Source: Candidatus Omnitrophota bacterium
GTDB lineage: Bacteria > Ratteibacteria > UBA8468 > B48-G9 > DTJG01
Length of the DNA: 56,146 bases
Direction: 5' to 3'
NCBI GenBank assembly: GCA_023484085.1
Contig: JAMDAS010000025.1
Span: 1-56,146 of the forward strand
Part shown: positions 1 through 10,026 of the stretch, in pieces
How the letters are laid out: the number at the start of each line of letters is the position of its first letter
Numbering within the stretch: position 1 is the first letter of the stretch
Notes under the pieces: model-generated
What the model was told of the DNA's origin: nothing
The model's input: the letters and a program-made list of their open reading frames with translations, nothing else
The model's database searches: none
Translations under genes and position numbers: made by a program

Positions 1-2
1 CA

Positions 3-527
3 AGTGCTTTTGCAAAGCTTTTTGAAAGCAAGAAAGAAAATCCCGATTTAAAACTCCAAGAAGAGGAAGAAGGCAAGAAAAATCAGCAGGCAATTATGGA
101 TGCTTTAAAAACAATTGAAAATCACTTGTATAAAAACTGGGATGTATTTGAAGAAAAAGTAAAACAAGCATTAAAAAGATTTGATTTAAGCGAGAATTTT
201 ATTAAAAATATTATTCTTGCTTTATCTGAACATGATGACAATGCTGATTATGTTTTGGATGCCAAAGGAAAAAAAATTCCAGATCCAAATATAAGAGATT
301 CTGAAAAAATCTCATTAAAACAGGATATTGAAAAATATTTTGAAAAAGAAGTAAAGCCGTATTATCCAGATGCATGGATGGACAGAAAAAAGGATAAGAT
401 TGGCTATGAAATAAATTTTATGCAGTATTTTTACAAGTATATTCCTCCTCGTTCTCTGGATGATATTGAAAAAGATATAAATAAAGTTACAGCAGAGATA
501 CAAAAACTCTTAAAAGAGGAGTTATAA
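3..527 (+). CDS. hsdM: Type I restriction-modification methyltransferase HsdM, C-terminal part (5' end outside window)
   Basis: Frame is open from base 3. The C-terminus (PDPNIRDSEKISL...YFEKEVKPYYPDAW...IGYEINF..YFYKY.PPRSLDDIE) is typical of HsdM, and the gene lies directly upstream of hsdS. Confidence 0.88.
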   Translation, partial: SAFAKLFESKKENPDLKLQEEEEGKKNQQAIMDALKTIENHLYKNWDVFEEKVKQALKRFDLSENFIKNIILALSEHDDNADYVLDAKGKKIPDPNIRDSEKISLKQDIEKYFEKEVKPYYPDAWMDRKKDKIGYEINFMQYFYKYIPPRSLDDIEKDINKVTAEIQKLLKEEL

Positions 528-534
528 TATAAAA

Positions 535-1851
535 ATGAAACTTAAACTTTATCCAAAATACAAAGACTCTGGAGTTCAATGGATTGGAAAAATACCTGAA
601 GGATGGGGTTTATCTCGGGGAAAACATCAATATAAAATATTTGGAGGTTATGCTTTTTCAAGCGAAGATTTTATTGATGAAGGATCCATACTTATTCGAA
701 TTGGGGATATGCAAGAGGGATCTATAGACTTTTGTAATTGTAAAAGACTACCTTTAGAGTATGCAATCTCAAAGAAAGAATTTAGAATATCTTCTAAAGA
801 TGTTCTAATAGCGATGACTGGAGCTACAATAGGAAAGGTTAGTCAGGTTCAAGAAACCAGAGAAAAATTATTATTGAATCAAAGAGTGGGAAAAGTAAAA
901 ACTTCAAATTGTTTAGATTATATTAAATACATATTGAATTCTGATCTTATTCAAGAACAAATTCATCTTATCGCTGAAGGTGGGGCTCAGGAAAATATTA
1001 GTAGCGAACAATTAGAAAGTTTTATAATACCTTTACTGGATAATAAAATTCAGAAAAGAATTGTCTCTTTTTTAGATAAAAAAATTTCCGATATAAATAT
1101 TTTAATTGAGAAAGATAAATCTCTTATAGAACTTCTCAAAGAAAAAAGGGTTGCACTTATCAATCATGCTGTAACAAAAGGGCTTAATCCTAAAGTAAAA
1201 ATGAAAGATTCAGGCATTGATTGGATTGGAAAAATACCGGAAGGATGGGATATATGGAAGATAGAACATTTGGCAAGATTATATTCTGGTGGTACTCCTG
1301 ATAGAAGTAACGAGTCTTATTGGGATAATGGAGAAATCCCATGGATCGCTTCTGGTGAAGTCAATCAAATAGACATAATTCAACCAACCTCCTTAATCTC
1401 AAAAGAGGGTTTTATTAATTCCAGTGCTAAATGGATACCTAAAAATTCTTTAGTTATTGCTCTTGCAGGCCAAGGAAAGACAAAGGGCATGGTAGCTTAT
1501 TTAAGAATTAAAACAACTGGAAACCAATCCCTTGGTGTTATTGTCCCAATAAAAGTTAATAGCCGATATTTATTTTATTGGCTTAAAAGAAATTATTTTA
1601 ACATTCGAGGGTTGGCTGGGGAAGGAATTAGAGATGGATTGAGTTTGGATATGATAAAAGAAATTAGAGTACCTATGCCCCCAAAATCAGAACAAATTCA
1701 AATCGCAGAATATCTTGATAAAGCAACATCAAAAATAGACAAAACTATCCAAAAAATTGAAGAAAAAATAACTCTTTTAGAAGAATTTAAAAAATCACTT
1801 ATCTATCATGTTGTTACAGGTAAGGTAGATATTCAGGAGGCAATTGCATAA
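535..1851 (+). CDS. hsdS: Type I R-M specificity subunit HsdS
   Basis: Two repeats of the conserved block KDSG(V/I)xWIGKIPEGW, two TRDs, and the C-terminal KKSLIYHVVTGKVD. Confidence 0.95.
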   Translation: MKLKLYPKYKDSGVQWIGKIPEGWGLSRGKHQYKIFGGYAFSSEDFIDEGSILIRIGDMQEGSIDFCNCKRLPLEYAISKKEFRISSKDVLIAMTGATIGKVSQVQETREKLLLNQRVGKVKTSNCLDYIKYILNSDLIQEQIHLIAEGGAQENISSEQLESFIIPLLDNKIQKRIVSFLDKKISDINILIEKDKSLIELLKEKRVALINHAVTKGLNPKVKMKDSGIDWIGKIPEGWDIWKIEHLARLYSGGTPDRSNESYWDNGEIPWIASGEVNQIDIIQPTSLISKEGFINSSAKWIPKNSLVIALAGQGKTKGMVAYLRIKTTGNQSLGVIVPIKVNSRYLFYWLKRNYFNIRGLAGEGIRDGLSLDMIKEIRVPMPPKSEQIQIAEYLDKATSKIDKTIQKIEEKITLLEEFKKSLIYHVVTGKVDIQEAIA

Positions 1852-3650
1852 TGGAACTTGTTCAAAAATATTCGGTTAATAATTTCCCAGTAGCAATAAT
1901 CTTGAATTGGTATCTTTCAAAAGAAATAGCTATTCCAGAAATTCAAAGGCCTTTTGTTTGGGATTCTACTAAAGTTAGAAATTTATTAGATTCATTATAT
2001 CAAGGATATCCTATAGGGTATTTGATAGTTTGGAAAAATCCTAGTATTAAACTAAAAGATGGAAAAAGCTCTGAAGGAAAAAAGATATTAATAGATGGAC
2101 AACAAAGGGTAATGTCTCTAATTACTTCTATTCTTGGGCAGGAAGTTGTAAATAAGGAATATCAAAAACAAAAAATTATTGTCTCCTTTAATCCAATAAC
2201 AGAAAAATTTGAAGTTTTAAACTCTGCAATACAAAAAGATGTTGCTTGGATACATGATATAAGTTCTATAATAAAAGGAGAGTCTAGATTAAGCAAAGTA
2301 ATTACAGAATATTGTAAAAAAAACCAGTCTGTTAATAAAGATAAAATTGAAGATTCTCTTGAAAATCTTAAGAAAATAATGAGTAGACCTATAGGATTAA
2401 TAGAGTTAGAACATGATTTGGATATTGAAGTCGTAACTGAGATTTTTATAAGAATAAATTCTGAAGGCGTTCCCTTAAATCAAGCAGATTTCGCAATGTC
2501 TAAAGTAGCTTCAAATGAAACTTACAACGGAACAATCTTAAGGAAATGTGTTGACTTTTTTTGTCATCTTACTAGGGCTCCTGAATTTTTTGATTCTATT
2601 AAAGAAGGTGATAAAGAATTTGCTGATACCGATTTATTTCAAAAAATATCTTGGCTGAAAGATGAAAATGAAGATCTTTATGAACCAGGATATTCAGATT
2701 TATTGAGGGTCGCTTTTACGTCAGAATTTAATAGGGGTAAATTAGCCGATTTGGTTAGTTTACTTTCTGGAAGAAATTTTGAAACAAGATCGTATGAAGA
2801 AAAAATAGTTAAAGAATCTTTTGAAAAACTAAAAGAAGGGATTCTAAATTTTATTAATGAAACCAACTTTAAAAGATTTATCATGATCATAAAATCTGCC
2901 GGTTTTATTTCTTCAGATATGATTCGTTCTACTAACGCGCTAAATTTTGCTTACATATTATATTTAAAATTGCGGTCTCAGAATTATAACCCTGCAGAAA
3001 TTGAAAAATATGTTAGAAAATGGTTTGTTTTAAGTATTTTGACCGAAAGATATTCTAGTTCCCCAGAATCTCAATTTGATTTTGATATTAGAAATATATC
3101 CTCCAGAAAATTCGAAGAATTCTTAAAAGAAATTGAAAATGCTCAGCTTTCTGACGCTTTTTGGGATTCTGCCTTAATACAAAGTCTAAAAACTCCAGTA
3201 TCTAGTAGTCCTTATTTCAACGTCTTTCTTGCAGCACAGGTGAAATTCAATGAAAAAGGCTTTCTTTCAAAAGATATTACGGTAAAAGATTTAATATCTC
3301 AAAGAGGCGATATTCATCATATTTTCCCAAGAGATTATTTGAAATCTAAAGGATTTAAACGAAGTGATTATAATCAAATTGCAAATTATTCTTATACGCA
3401 ATCAGAGATAAATATCAAAATTGGTAAAAAGCCCCCAAAAGAATATCTTTTAGATGTGTTTAGACAATGTGAAGGCTCTGAATTAAAATATGGAGGAATA
3501 ACCGATAAACAGATATTATTAGAAAATTTCAGAGACAATTGTGTACCAGATGATACGAGAAATATGGAATTTGAACAATTTCAAGATTTTCTTGAAAAAA
3601 GGAGAAAATTAATGGCAAAAAAAATAAAAGATTATTATAATTCATTATAG
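1851..3650 (+). CDS. DUF262 (ParB/Srx-fold) plus C-terminal HNH-like protein, GmrSD type IV restriction family
   Basis: DUF262 motifs IPEIQRPFVW, LIDGQQR and FIRINSEG, plus C-terminal DIHHIFP...IAN. Start overlaps the hsdS stop (TAATG). Confidence 0.85.
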   Translation: MELVQKYSVNNFPVAIILNWYLSKEIAIPEIQRPFVWDSTKVRNLLDSLYQGYPIGYLIVWKNPSIKLKDGKSSEGKKILIDGQQRVMSLITSILGQEVVNKEYQKQKIIVSFNPITEKFEVLNSAIQKDVAWIHDISSIIKGESRLSKVITEYCKKNQSVNKDKIEDSLENLKKIMSRPIGLIELEHDLDIEVVTEIFIRINSEGVPLNQADFAMSKVASNETYNGTILRKCVDFFCHLTRAPEFFDSIKEGDKEFADTDLFQKISWLKDENEDLYEPGYSDLLRVAFTSEFNRGKLADLVSLLSGRNFETRSYEEKIVKESFEKLKEGILNFINETNFKRFIMIIKSAGFISSDMIRSTNALNFAYILYLKLRSQNYNPAEIEKYVRKWFVLSILTERYSSSPESQFDFDIRNISSRKFEEFLKEIENAQLSDAFWDSALIQSLKTPVSSSPYFNVFLAAQVKFNEKGFLSKDITVKDLISQRGDIHHIFPRDYLKSKGFKRSDYNQIANYSYTQSEINIKIGKKPPKEYLLDVFRQCEGSELKYGGITDKQILLENFRDNCVPDDTRNMEFEQFQDFLEKRRKLMAKKIKDYYNSL

Positions 3651-3659
3651 GGGCAGAAA

Positions 3660-6620
3660 ATGGCAACTGATACCCGAGAAAAAGTATTTCAAAACGATAT
3701 TATTGCTCACTTGATTAGCACTGGCTACCATAAAAGAGGAACTCATAACTATGATAAAACAATCTGTTTGGACCCAGAATTAACATTAAAGTTTATCCAG
3801 GATACCCAAGAAAAAGAATGGAAAAAATTCCAAAGGGTTTATGGAGATAAATCAAAACAAAAGTTTTTTTATAGACTTGTAACTGAAATTGATAAGAAAG
3901 GCACAATTAATATCTTAAGAAATGGCTTTAAAGATGTTGGATGTCAATTTCATCTTTTCTATCCAAAACCAAACAACAAGAAAAATCCTGATCTTTTTGA
4001 AAAATTTGAGAAAAATATTTTTTCAGTCATAGATGAACTGGAATATGAAAAAAAAGAACTAAGCAAAAGACTGGATTTAGTCATTTTTATCAATGGATTA
4101 CCAATAATTACCATAGAACTCAAAGATACATTTTCACAAGGGGTGGAAAAAGCAATAAAGCAGTATAAAGAAGACAGAGACTCAAGAGAAAAAATCTTTC
4201 AAAATTGTTTTGTCCATTTTGCCATGAGCGATGAAAAAATATTCATGACTACTAAATTAGAAGGATGGAAAACAAAATTTTTGCCTTTTAACAAAGCTTT
4301 GGAAAATCCGGAAGTTCAGAATGATTACAAAACTTCCTACTTATACAATGATATTTTACAAATAAACAAACTATCAAGACTTATTGCCAATTTTATTTAT
4401 ATGGAGACAGAAGAAGAGTTAAAACCAATTTTTCCAAGATATCATCAATTAGATTGTACAAACAAATTACTTGCAGATGCTACCCCAAGTAAAAATTATC
4501 TCATAGAACATAGTGGAGGAAGCGGAAAAACCAAAACTATTGCATGGCTTGCACATGGTTTAATCAATAAATTCAACAATGAAGATGAAAGAGTATATGA
4601 CATGGTTATTGTTATTTCTGACAGAAAAGTAATAGACAAGCAATTACAAAGACAGGTTCAAGCAATTGAAAAAGTAAAAGGAATTGTGGATGTAATTGAT
4701 GAGAAAAAGACATCACAAGATCTAAAAGAAGCTCTGAAAACAGGAAGCAATATTATTGTAACGACATTACAGAAATTTCCTTATATTTTAGAAGAAGTTA
4801 AGGATTTACCAAAGAGAAAATATGGAGTAATTATTGATGAAGCTCACTCTTCTCAAGCAGGTATTTTGGCAAGAAAGATGAAGCAGATTCTAAGCACAAG
4901 CAGTTTAGAAGAAGCAGAAGCAATGGAAAGGGATGTTGATGAAGAAATTGAAAATGAAATTCTCGAGGAAATTGAATCTTATAGAAATTTGAAAAACATA
5001 AGTTTCTTTGCATTTACTGCAACGCCCAAAAACAAAACCCTTGAAATGTTCGGAGTAAAAGATGAAAAAGGGGAATTCCATCCGTTTCATACATATTCAA
5101 TGAAACAAGCCATAGAAGAAGGATTTATTTTAGATGTATTAAAGTATTACTTAACGTATGCAACTTATTTCAAACTTGTTAAAAAGACACAAGAGGATCC
5201 AGAATATGATGAAAAAAAAGCAAAAAAGATTCTCAGGAATTTTGTAGAGAAACATCCCCATGCGATCATGAAAAAAACTGAAGTCATGCTTGACCATTTT
5301 ATGAATTCTACTATATATAAGATTCAAGGAAAAGCAAGGGCAATGGTTGTTACAAGGTCTAGATTACATGCTGTTTTATATAAGAAAGCGTTTGATAAAG
5401 TAATAAAAGAAAATAATTTGCCAATTAAAACATTGGTAGCCTTCACAGGTGTTGTAAAGCATGATGAACAGGAATATACAGAAAATTCAATGAATGACTT
5501 GCCTCCGAAAAAAACAATAGAGAATGCATTTGGAGAGGAAACATATAGCGGAAATCCATATAAAATTTTAATCGTGGCAAATAAATATCAAACTGGTTTT
5601 GATCAACCTCTACTACATACAATATACATTGATAAAATGCTTAATGGTATTACAGCAGTTCAGACATTATGCAGGGCAAATAGAATTCATCCTTACAAAA
5701 ACGATACTCTTATTTTGGATTTTGCCAATAAAACAGAAGTAATTCAAAAAGCATTCCAGCCATATTATGAAGCCACTTATTTAAAAGAAGGAACCGACCC
5801 TCACAAATTGTATGAATTAGAAGAAAAATTACTTGATTACCAGATTTTTGATCAGTCTGATATTGATGCTTTTATTAAATCGTTGAAAAAGGGAGAGCCA
5901 CAGCCAAAATTGCATAATCTTTTAAACCCAGTAATTGATGAATTTAGGGGAAAAAGTAAAAAAGAACAAGTAGAGTTTAAAAAAACACTGAAACGGTATC
6001 AAAGCATATATTCCTTTTTGTCTCAATTAATTCCATTCTCAGATGTTAATCTAGAAAAAATGTATGTGTTTAATAAATTCCTAAGCAAAAAATTGCCAAC
6101 AATAAATAACCCCTTACCATTCAATGTTTTGGAAGATGTTGATATAGATTCTTATAAGGTTGTTCATAAAGGATTGAAAGAGATTAAACTTCAATCTGAA
6201 GGTGAACTGATACCAATGTCTGATGGAGTTGGAAATTATGCACCGGATATTAATACAAAATTGTCAAAGATTCTTAAAGACCTTAACGATGCTTTCGGTA
6301 CGGACTTTACAGATGATGATAAGGTGTTTTTAAATAGAGTTAAAGATAATCTGCTGCAAAATAAAGAATTAGTTAATAAGATGGAATATAATTCTAAGGA
6401 AAATGTAAAAACTATTTTTGATAAATATTTTAATCAGGAGATAACAAAACTTCTCAATAGCAATATGAAATTTTATAAAAGATTGGTAGATAATGAAAAA
6501 TTAAAAACTCAGCTTAAATCCGCTTTATTCAATTTGGTGTATTTTGAATTCAACAAAAAAATCAAGCAAAAACCCGCTAATGAACAAAAATTATATAAGG
6601 ATATTAACTCTTCTGATTGA
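3660..6620 (+). CDS. hsdR: Type I restriction endonuclease subunit HsdR
   Basis: Nuclease motif DLVIFINGLPIITIELK, Walker A GSGKT, DEAH box, FTATPK and QTGFDQP. Confidence 0.95.
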   Translation: MATDTREKVFQNDIIAHLISTGYHKRGTHNYDKTICLDPELTLKFIQDTQEKEWKKFQRVYGDKSKQKFFYRLVTEIDKKGTINILRNGFKDVGCQFHLFYPKPNNKKNPDLFEKFEKNIFSVIDELEYEKKELSKRLDLVIFINGLPIITIELKDTFSQGVEKAIKQYKEDRDSREKIFQNCFVHFAMSDEKIFMTTKLEGWKTKFLPFNKALENPEVQNDYKTSYLYNDILQINKLSRLIANFIYMETEEELKPIFPRYHQLDCTNKLLADATPSKNYLIEHSGGSGKTKTIAWLAHGLINKFNNEDERVYDMVIVISDRKVIDKQLQRQVQAIEKVKGIVDVIDEKKTSQDLKEALKTGSNIIVTTLQKFPYILEEVKDLPKRKYGVIIDEAHSSQAGILARKMKQILSTSSLEEAEAMERDVDEEIENEILEEIESYRNLKNISFFAFTATPKNKTLEMFGVKDEKGEFHPFHTYSMKQAIEEGFILDVLKYYLTYATYFKLVKKTQEDPEYDEKKAKKILRNFVEKHPHAIMKKTEVMLDHFMNSTIYKIQGKARAMVVTRSRLHAVLYKKAFDKVIKENNLPIKTLVAFTGVVKHDEQEYTENSMNDLPPKKTIENAFGEETYSGNPYKILIVANKYQTGFDQPLLHTIYIDKMLNGITAVQTLCRANRIHPYKNDTLILDFANKTEVIQKAFQPYYEATYLKEGTDPHKLYELEEKLLDYQIFDQSDIDAFIKSLKKGEPQPKLHNLLNPVIDEFRGKSKKEQVEFKKTLKRYQSIYSFLSQLIPFSDVNLEKMYVFNKFLSKKLPTINNPLPFNVLEDVDIDSYKVVHKGLKEIKLQSEGELIPMSDGVGNYAPDINTKLSKILKDLNDAFGTDFTDDDKVFLNRVKDNLLQNKELVNKMEYNSKENVKTIFDKYFNQEITKLLNSNMKFYKRLVDNEKLKTQLKSALFNLVYFEFNKKIKQKPANEQKLYKDINSSD

Positions 6621-6663
6621 TAAATTTAAGTTTAACTACATTGATTAAGATTGTAGTTCACCT

Positions 6664-6885
6664 TTCATCGGAAGTGTGAACTCTTTAGAATGTATTTAGA
6701 ATAATACACTATATTTCCGTTGTCAAATTTTTTTTCTTTTCTATAAGAAACATATCTTTTGAAAATCATCAAAATTCCTTGTTTATCATGTTTCTTTTGT
6801 TTTTTCAGCTCCTGATAAATTCCGTCGAAAACCTTAAATACCCTGAATCTCTTGATTTTTCTATATGGTTCATCTTTCCGATGAA
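6664..6885. repeat. Imperfect 18-bp inverted repeat pair enclosing a promoter-like segment
   Basis: TTCATCGGAAGTGTGAAC (6664-6681) matches the reverse complement of 6868-6885 (TTCATCGGAAAGATGAAC) at 15/18. Confidence 0.55.
6698..6726 (-). promoter_or_regulatory. sigma70-type promoter facing leftward
   Basis: Minus strand TTGACA (6726-6721), 17-bp spacer, TATTCT (6703-6698). Confidence 0.5.
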
Positions 6886-6900
6886 CTATGAACAAGCAAA

Positions 6901-7008
6901 ATGACATATTCATGGATATTGGACGAAGAAAAATACCTCAAGATAGAGGAGGTGAAAATATTGAGAGAAACCTGCAGAAAATTAAAACGGCTGATTAACG
7001 ACAATTAG
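6901..7008 (+). pseudogene. 5' fragment of a putative tyrosine recombinase, truncated by IS21
   Basis: MTYSWILDEEKYLKIEEVKILRETCRKLKR resembles the KYLx.EEV..L entry into tyrosine-recombinase catalytic domains. The frame runs into the IS end at 6992 and stops at 7008. Confidence 0.45.
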
Positions 7009-7137
7009 AATTGTTCTTGACGACAATTAAAACTTGCCATTTGTCTTATTCTGTTTTTTTTCATTGTTTAAAAGTTGTTCTTGAAGACAATTATCGTATT
7101 GACTCATCATAAATGTTACCATACGTTGCCTGTTGCC

Positions 7138-7938
7138 TCACAATAAAGTTACTTTTCCCTCCTTTCGGCGTTCTGGTTTACCGCCTTTTTTCTTTGCCTG
7201 TTCCAACCGGTAACTGGGTATGTCCACCAGTTCCAGGATAATACTATGATGAACCAGCCGGTCAATTGCCGCTGCCGTGGTCATAGGATCTTTAAATATT
7301 TGTTCCCATTTTGAAAAAGGCAGATTACTTGTGAGCATCACACTACCCCGTTCATACCGTTCCGCCAGAAAAGTGAACAATACTTCCATTTCTTCACGGT
7401 TTTGTTGAACATAGCCAATATCGTCTATCACTACTGCCTGATATTTGGCAAGCCGTTTCAACACCCGTGCTAATTTCAAGTTCCGTTTTCCAATGAGCAG
7501 ATCCTGCACCAACAAACTACAGGTTGTAAAATAGACCGGCCTGCCGTGTTGAATCAGTTCTTGACCGATAGCACAAAGAAGATGAGTTTTACCGCTACCT
7601 GGATTTCCAAACGCCAGAATGTTTTCTTTCCGGTCAACAAAAGAACCATCCAAAAGATTGTTCACAATACATTGGACTGGAACCGGTATTCGTTTCAGGT
7701 CAAACGACCGGAATGTTTTTTCCAGAGGCAACCTGGATTCCCGCAATAATCGTTGAATCTTTCTTTGTTGTCGTTGTTCCGACTCCCGCTCGGTTAATGC
7801 CAGAAGATATTTAGGATATGACAACGATTCTTTTTCTGCGGTTTTGGCCAATTCCTCATACGATTCCCGAAATGCCGGCAGGTGCAAATCTCTGAGCAAC
7901 GTTATTAACCGAGAATTTATTGGCAGTGTATGGGTCAT
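7138..7938 (-). CDS. istB: IS21 helper AAA+ ATPase IstB
   Basis: GNPGSGKTHL, IDDIGY, RYERGS, TSNLPFSKW and AAIDRLVHH. ATGA overlap with istA. Confidence 0.95.
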   Translation of the reverse strand: MTHTLPINSRLITLLRDLHLPAFRESYEELAKTAEKESLSYPKYLLALTERESEQRQQRKIQRLLRESRLPLEKTFRSFDLKRIPVPVQCIVNNLLDGSFVDRKENILAFGNPGSGKTHLLCAIGQELIQHGRPVYFTTCSLLVQDLLIGKRNLKLARVLKRLAKYQAVVIDDIGYVQQNREEMEVLFTFLAERYERGSVMLTSNLPFSKWEQIFKDPMTTAAAIDRLVHHSIILELVDIPSYRLEQAKKKGGKPERRKEGKVTLL

Positions 7939-9416
7939 ATCAATACCTCCTGTTCTTGCAGGATTTCATCATACTCTGCCAAATTAATTGATATCGGTCC
8001 GATATCCGGAACAGGAGCCTGTACCTGTTTTTCTGCCAACGCTTGCCGGATATTTTCAACAGAGAGTTCTTTTCCATTCTCCATAAATATCCGAAGAATC
8101 TGCCCGACGCCTGACTCGCTCTCATGCGCTGCTAAATGCAGAATCGCCAGATAACGTTTATGAGCATTGGCCGGATGATTCCGTCGTAAAGAATCATAAG
8201 CCATTCTAAAGATGGTTGTCGGAAACAAAGATTCCCTGTACCTGTATTGTTCAAATGCTCCGGGTTTTCTTATCAACCAATCAATAATATGCCGGTACTG
8301 AATAGCATATTTATATTCACCCCGTAATCGTGGAAATGTGTCTACCTGCTTTTGTCCGTACCAAATAAACAAATAATCTGCTGTTGCCCGTACTTCAACC
8401 ATTTCTCCGATTAATCGGCTATCCACAGAATATGTGTTGTGTAAAACGCGGATGGTGCTACCAGGACCTACTTTTACTCTGATTCTTAAGCTATCATCCA
8501 ATCTGCGAGCCGGTAATGCTTTTAACACAGCGTATTCATCTTCCAACCGTTTCTGTCGGCCTGCGTTTAATTGAGCAAACAGATGTTGAAGAAAATCCTG
8601 ATAATCCGTTCTATCAACAAAATCCCTGCTGCCCCGAAATAAAAGAGCCTGATTCACTGCGTTCTTTAACCGATAATGTCGTTGTTCAACGTCTCCCTTC
8701 TCATGGGCTTTTCCGGCTTGTGTCGGTTTGGCCTGTATTCCATAATGCCTTAATAATCCTTCGTATCTAACTGTGAATTCTTCTCTGCTGCATTCTTTGT
8801 TGATGGCAGCTGATAATCGGTCTGTCCGATGATATTCGGGCACTCCGCCCAGTTCCCATACAGCATTCTGGAATCCCTCGCTTAAACTTTCATAACTTTC
8901 TCCAAAACATATCATTCCTGTTTCCCAGTTAGAATACGGTAAAACAAAGTGGTAAATAAGATGCGGAAATAATTCCTTGCCAATGGTTATCTCCAATTCA
9001 TTCATATTGGTAAAATCTGATTCGCCAATCTTGCCAGGAATATGTTCTTGAGGAAAAAAAACTTCTTTTTGCGGGCCTTCAGTTGCACGCCATATCTTTA
9101 TTTTCCGTTGTAATGTCCGAAGCTGACCGTCTTGAAAACGTCCAGGATACTTCCGTTGCAGATGCACAAATAAACTTTTACTCTCAAATCCGGCATCGGT
9201 TTTCAAATATTCCTTTACTTCTTCCCAAATATCGTCAAACGGACCTTTCCTTGTTCGCCAGGTATGCGGCACAGCACATTGGCTGGGTAATTTTTTAAGA
9301 TACTGATACTTGTGTGCTGTATTCCAACTCATCCCTGATTTCGCTGCTGCTATCGTCAAATTCTTATGTTTCTTCATTTCCTTCATTAGAACCTCCACCT
9401 GTTGGTTTGTTACCAT
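7935..9416 (-). CDS. istA: IS21 DDE transposase IstA
   Basis: N-terminal HTH, ESDFT, GGVPEYHRTD, EKGDVE and YSVDSRLIG. GGAGG RBS upstream. Confidence 0.95.
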   Translation of the reverse strand: MVTNQQVEVLMKEMKKHKNLTIAAAKSGMSWNTAHKYQYLKKLPSQCAVPHTWRTRKGPFDDIWEEVKEYLKTDAGFESKSLFVHLQRKYPGRFQDGQLRTLQRKIKIWRATEGPQKEVFFPQEHIPGKIGESDFTNMNELEITIGKELFPHLIYHFVLPYSNWETGMICFGESYESLSEGFQNAVWELGGVPEYHRTDRLSAAINKECSREEFTVRYEGLLRHYGIQAKPTQAGKAHEKGDVEQRHYRLKNAVNQALLFRGSRDFVDRTDYQDFLQHLFAQLNAGRQKRLEDEYAVLKALPARRLDDSLRIRVKVGPGSTIRVLHNTYSVDSRLIGEMVEVRATADYLFIWYGQKQVDTFPRLRGEYKYAIQYRHIIDWLIRKPGAFEQYRYRESLFPTTIFRMAYDSLRRNHPANAHKRYLAILHLAAHESESGVGQILRIFMENGKELSVENIRQALAEKQVQAPVPDIGPISINLAEYDEILQEQEVLI

Positions 9417-9482
9417 CCAGACCTCCTTTTTTATTATCTGGATAGTATACTTCTACTGGCTAATTCTAATTGTCGCTCATCA

Positions 9483-9912
9483 CTATGACCAAAACCATCC
9501 GGCATATTCATGCCCTGGACCTATTTCTGCTTATTCCTGGGCGAAAAAGGTTATGGAATACGCTATTTCAGTTATTCCCACAAAAAAACTTTATATGGGA
9601 CTGCCGACTTACGGTTATGATTGGGACCTTTCCGGCGAAGGTAAACATTTCGGTCGTAGTTTCCGGGAAATAGAAGAGATTTCCACAAAATATAAAATTA
9701 AGCCCATTTGGGATAAAGAACACTGCGAATTTCATTTTAACTATACTACCGATTGTGGTAAACCAAAAGAGATTTGGTTTTCTAATAAGGACAGTTTTTC
9801 TTGTTTATTAGACATTGTTTTGGAAAAAAACATATCTGGTATCTCAATATGGGTTTTGGCTGACGAAGACCCCGGTGTGTGGAATACAATCGTAGAAAAG
9901 TTAAAAACCTGA
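9483..9912 (+). pseudogene. 3' fragment of a GH18 (YaaH/YdhD-like) glycoside hydrolase
   Basis: YD...PGPIS..W..KVMEYAISVIPTKKLYMGLPTYGYDW...EIWF...GISIWVLADED is the C-terminal half of a GH18 barrel. It begins exactly at the IS end, and the DxxDxDxE motif is missing. Confidence 0.8.
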
Positions 9913-10026
9913 ATGTCTGTACGGACCTTATTGATTTACAACTACCGGAATTATTGAAATGAAAATTTGTAGAATTAAAAAAATATATAAAGAAAAATAT
10001 ATTTTATGATAAAATAATTCACTACA

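Larger units (their letters stand above)
6992..9482 (-). mobile_element. IS21-family insertion sequence, 2491 bp
   Basis: TG...CA termini and terminal IRs TGATTAACGACAATTAGAATT / TGATGAGCGACAATTAGAATT (19/21). Extra subterminal GACAATTA repeats near 7022 and 7086. Encodes istA and istB. Confidence 0.93.

Noticed and set aside
550-1260. Repeated KDSG..WIGKIPEGW blocks as a possible hsdS shufflon
   Set aside because: Normal internal symmetry of HsdS. No spare TRDs or flanking inverted repeats were seen.
6665-6913. 82-aa minus-strand ORF
   Set aside because: No RBS or recognisable motif. It overlaps the inverted repeats and promoter.
7000-7095. Short GACAATTA repeats as a possible CRISPR or iteron array
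   Set aside because: They are IS21 subterminal transposase-binding repeats, with no regular spacers.
9310-9482. N-terminal part of the 200-aa ORF 9310-9912
   Set aside because: It is the antisense of istA and the IS end. Only 9483 onward is GH18.
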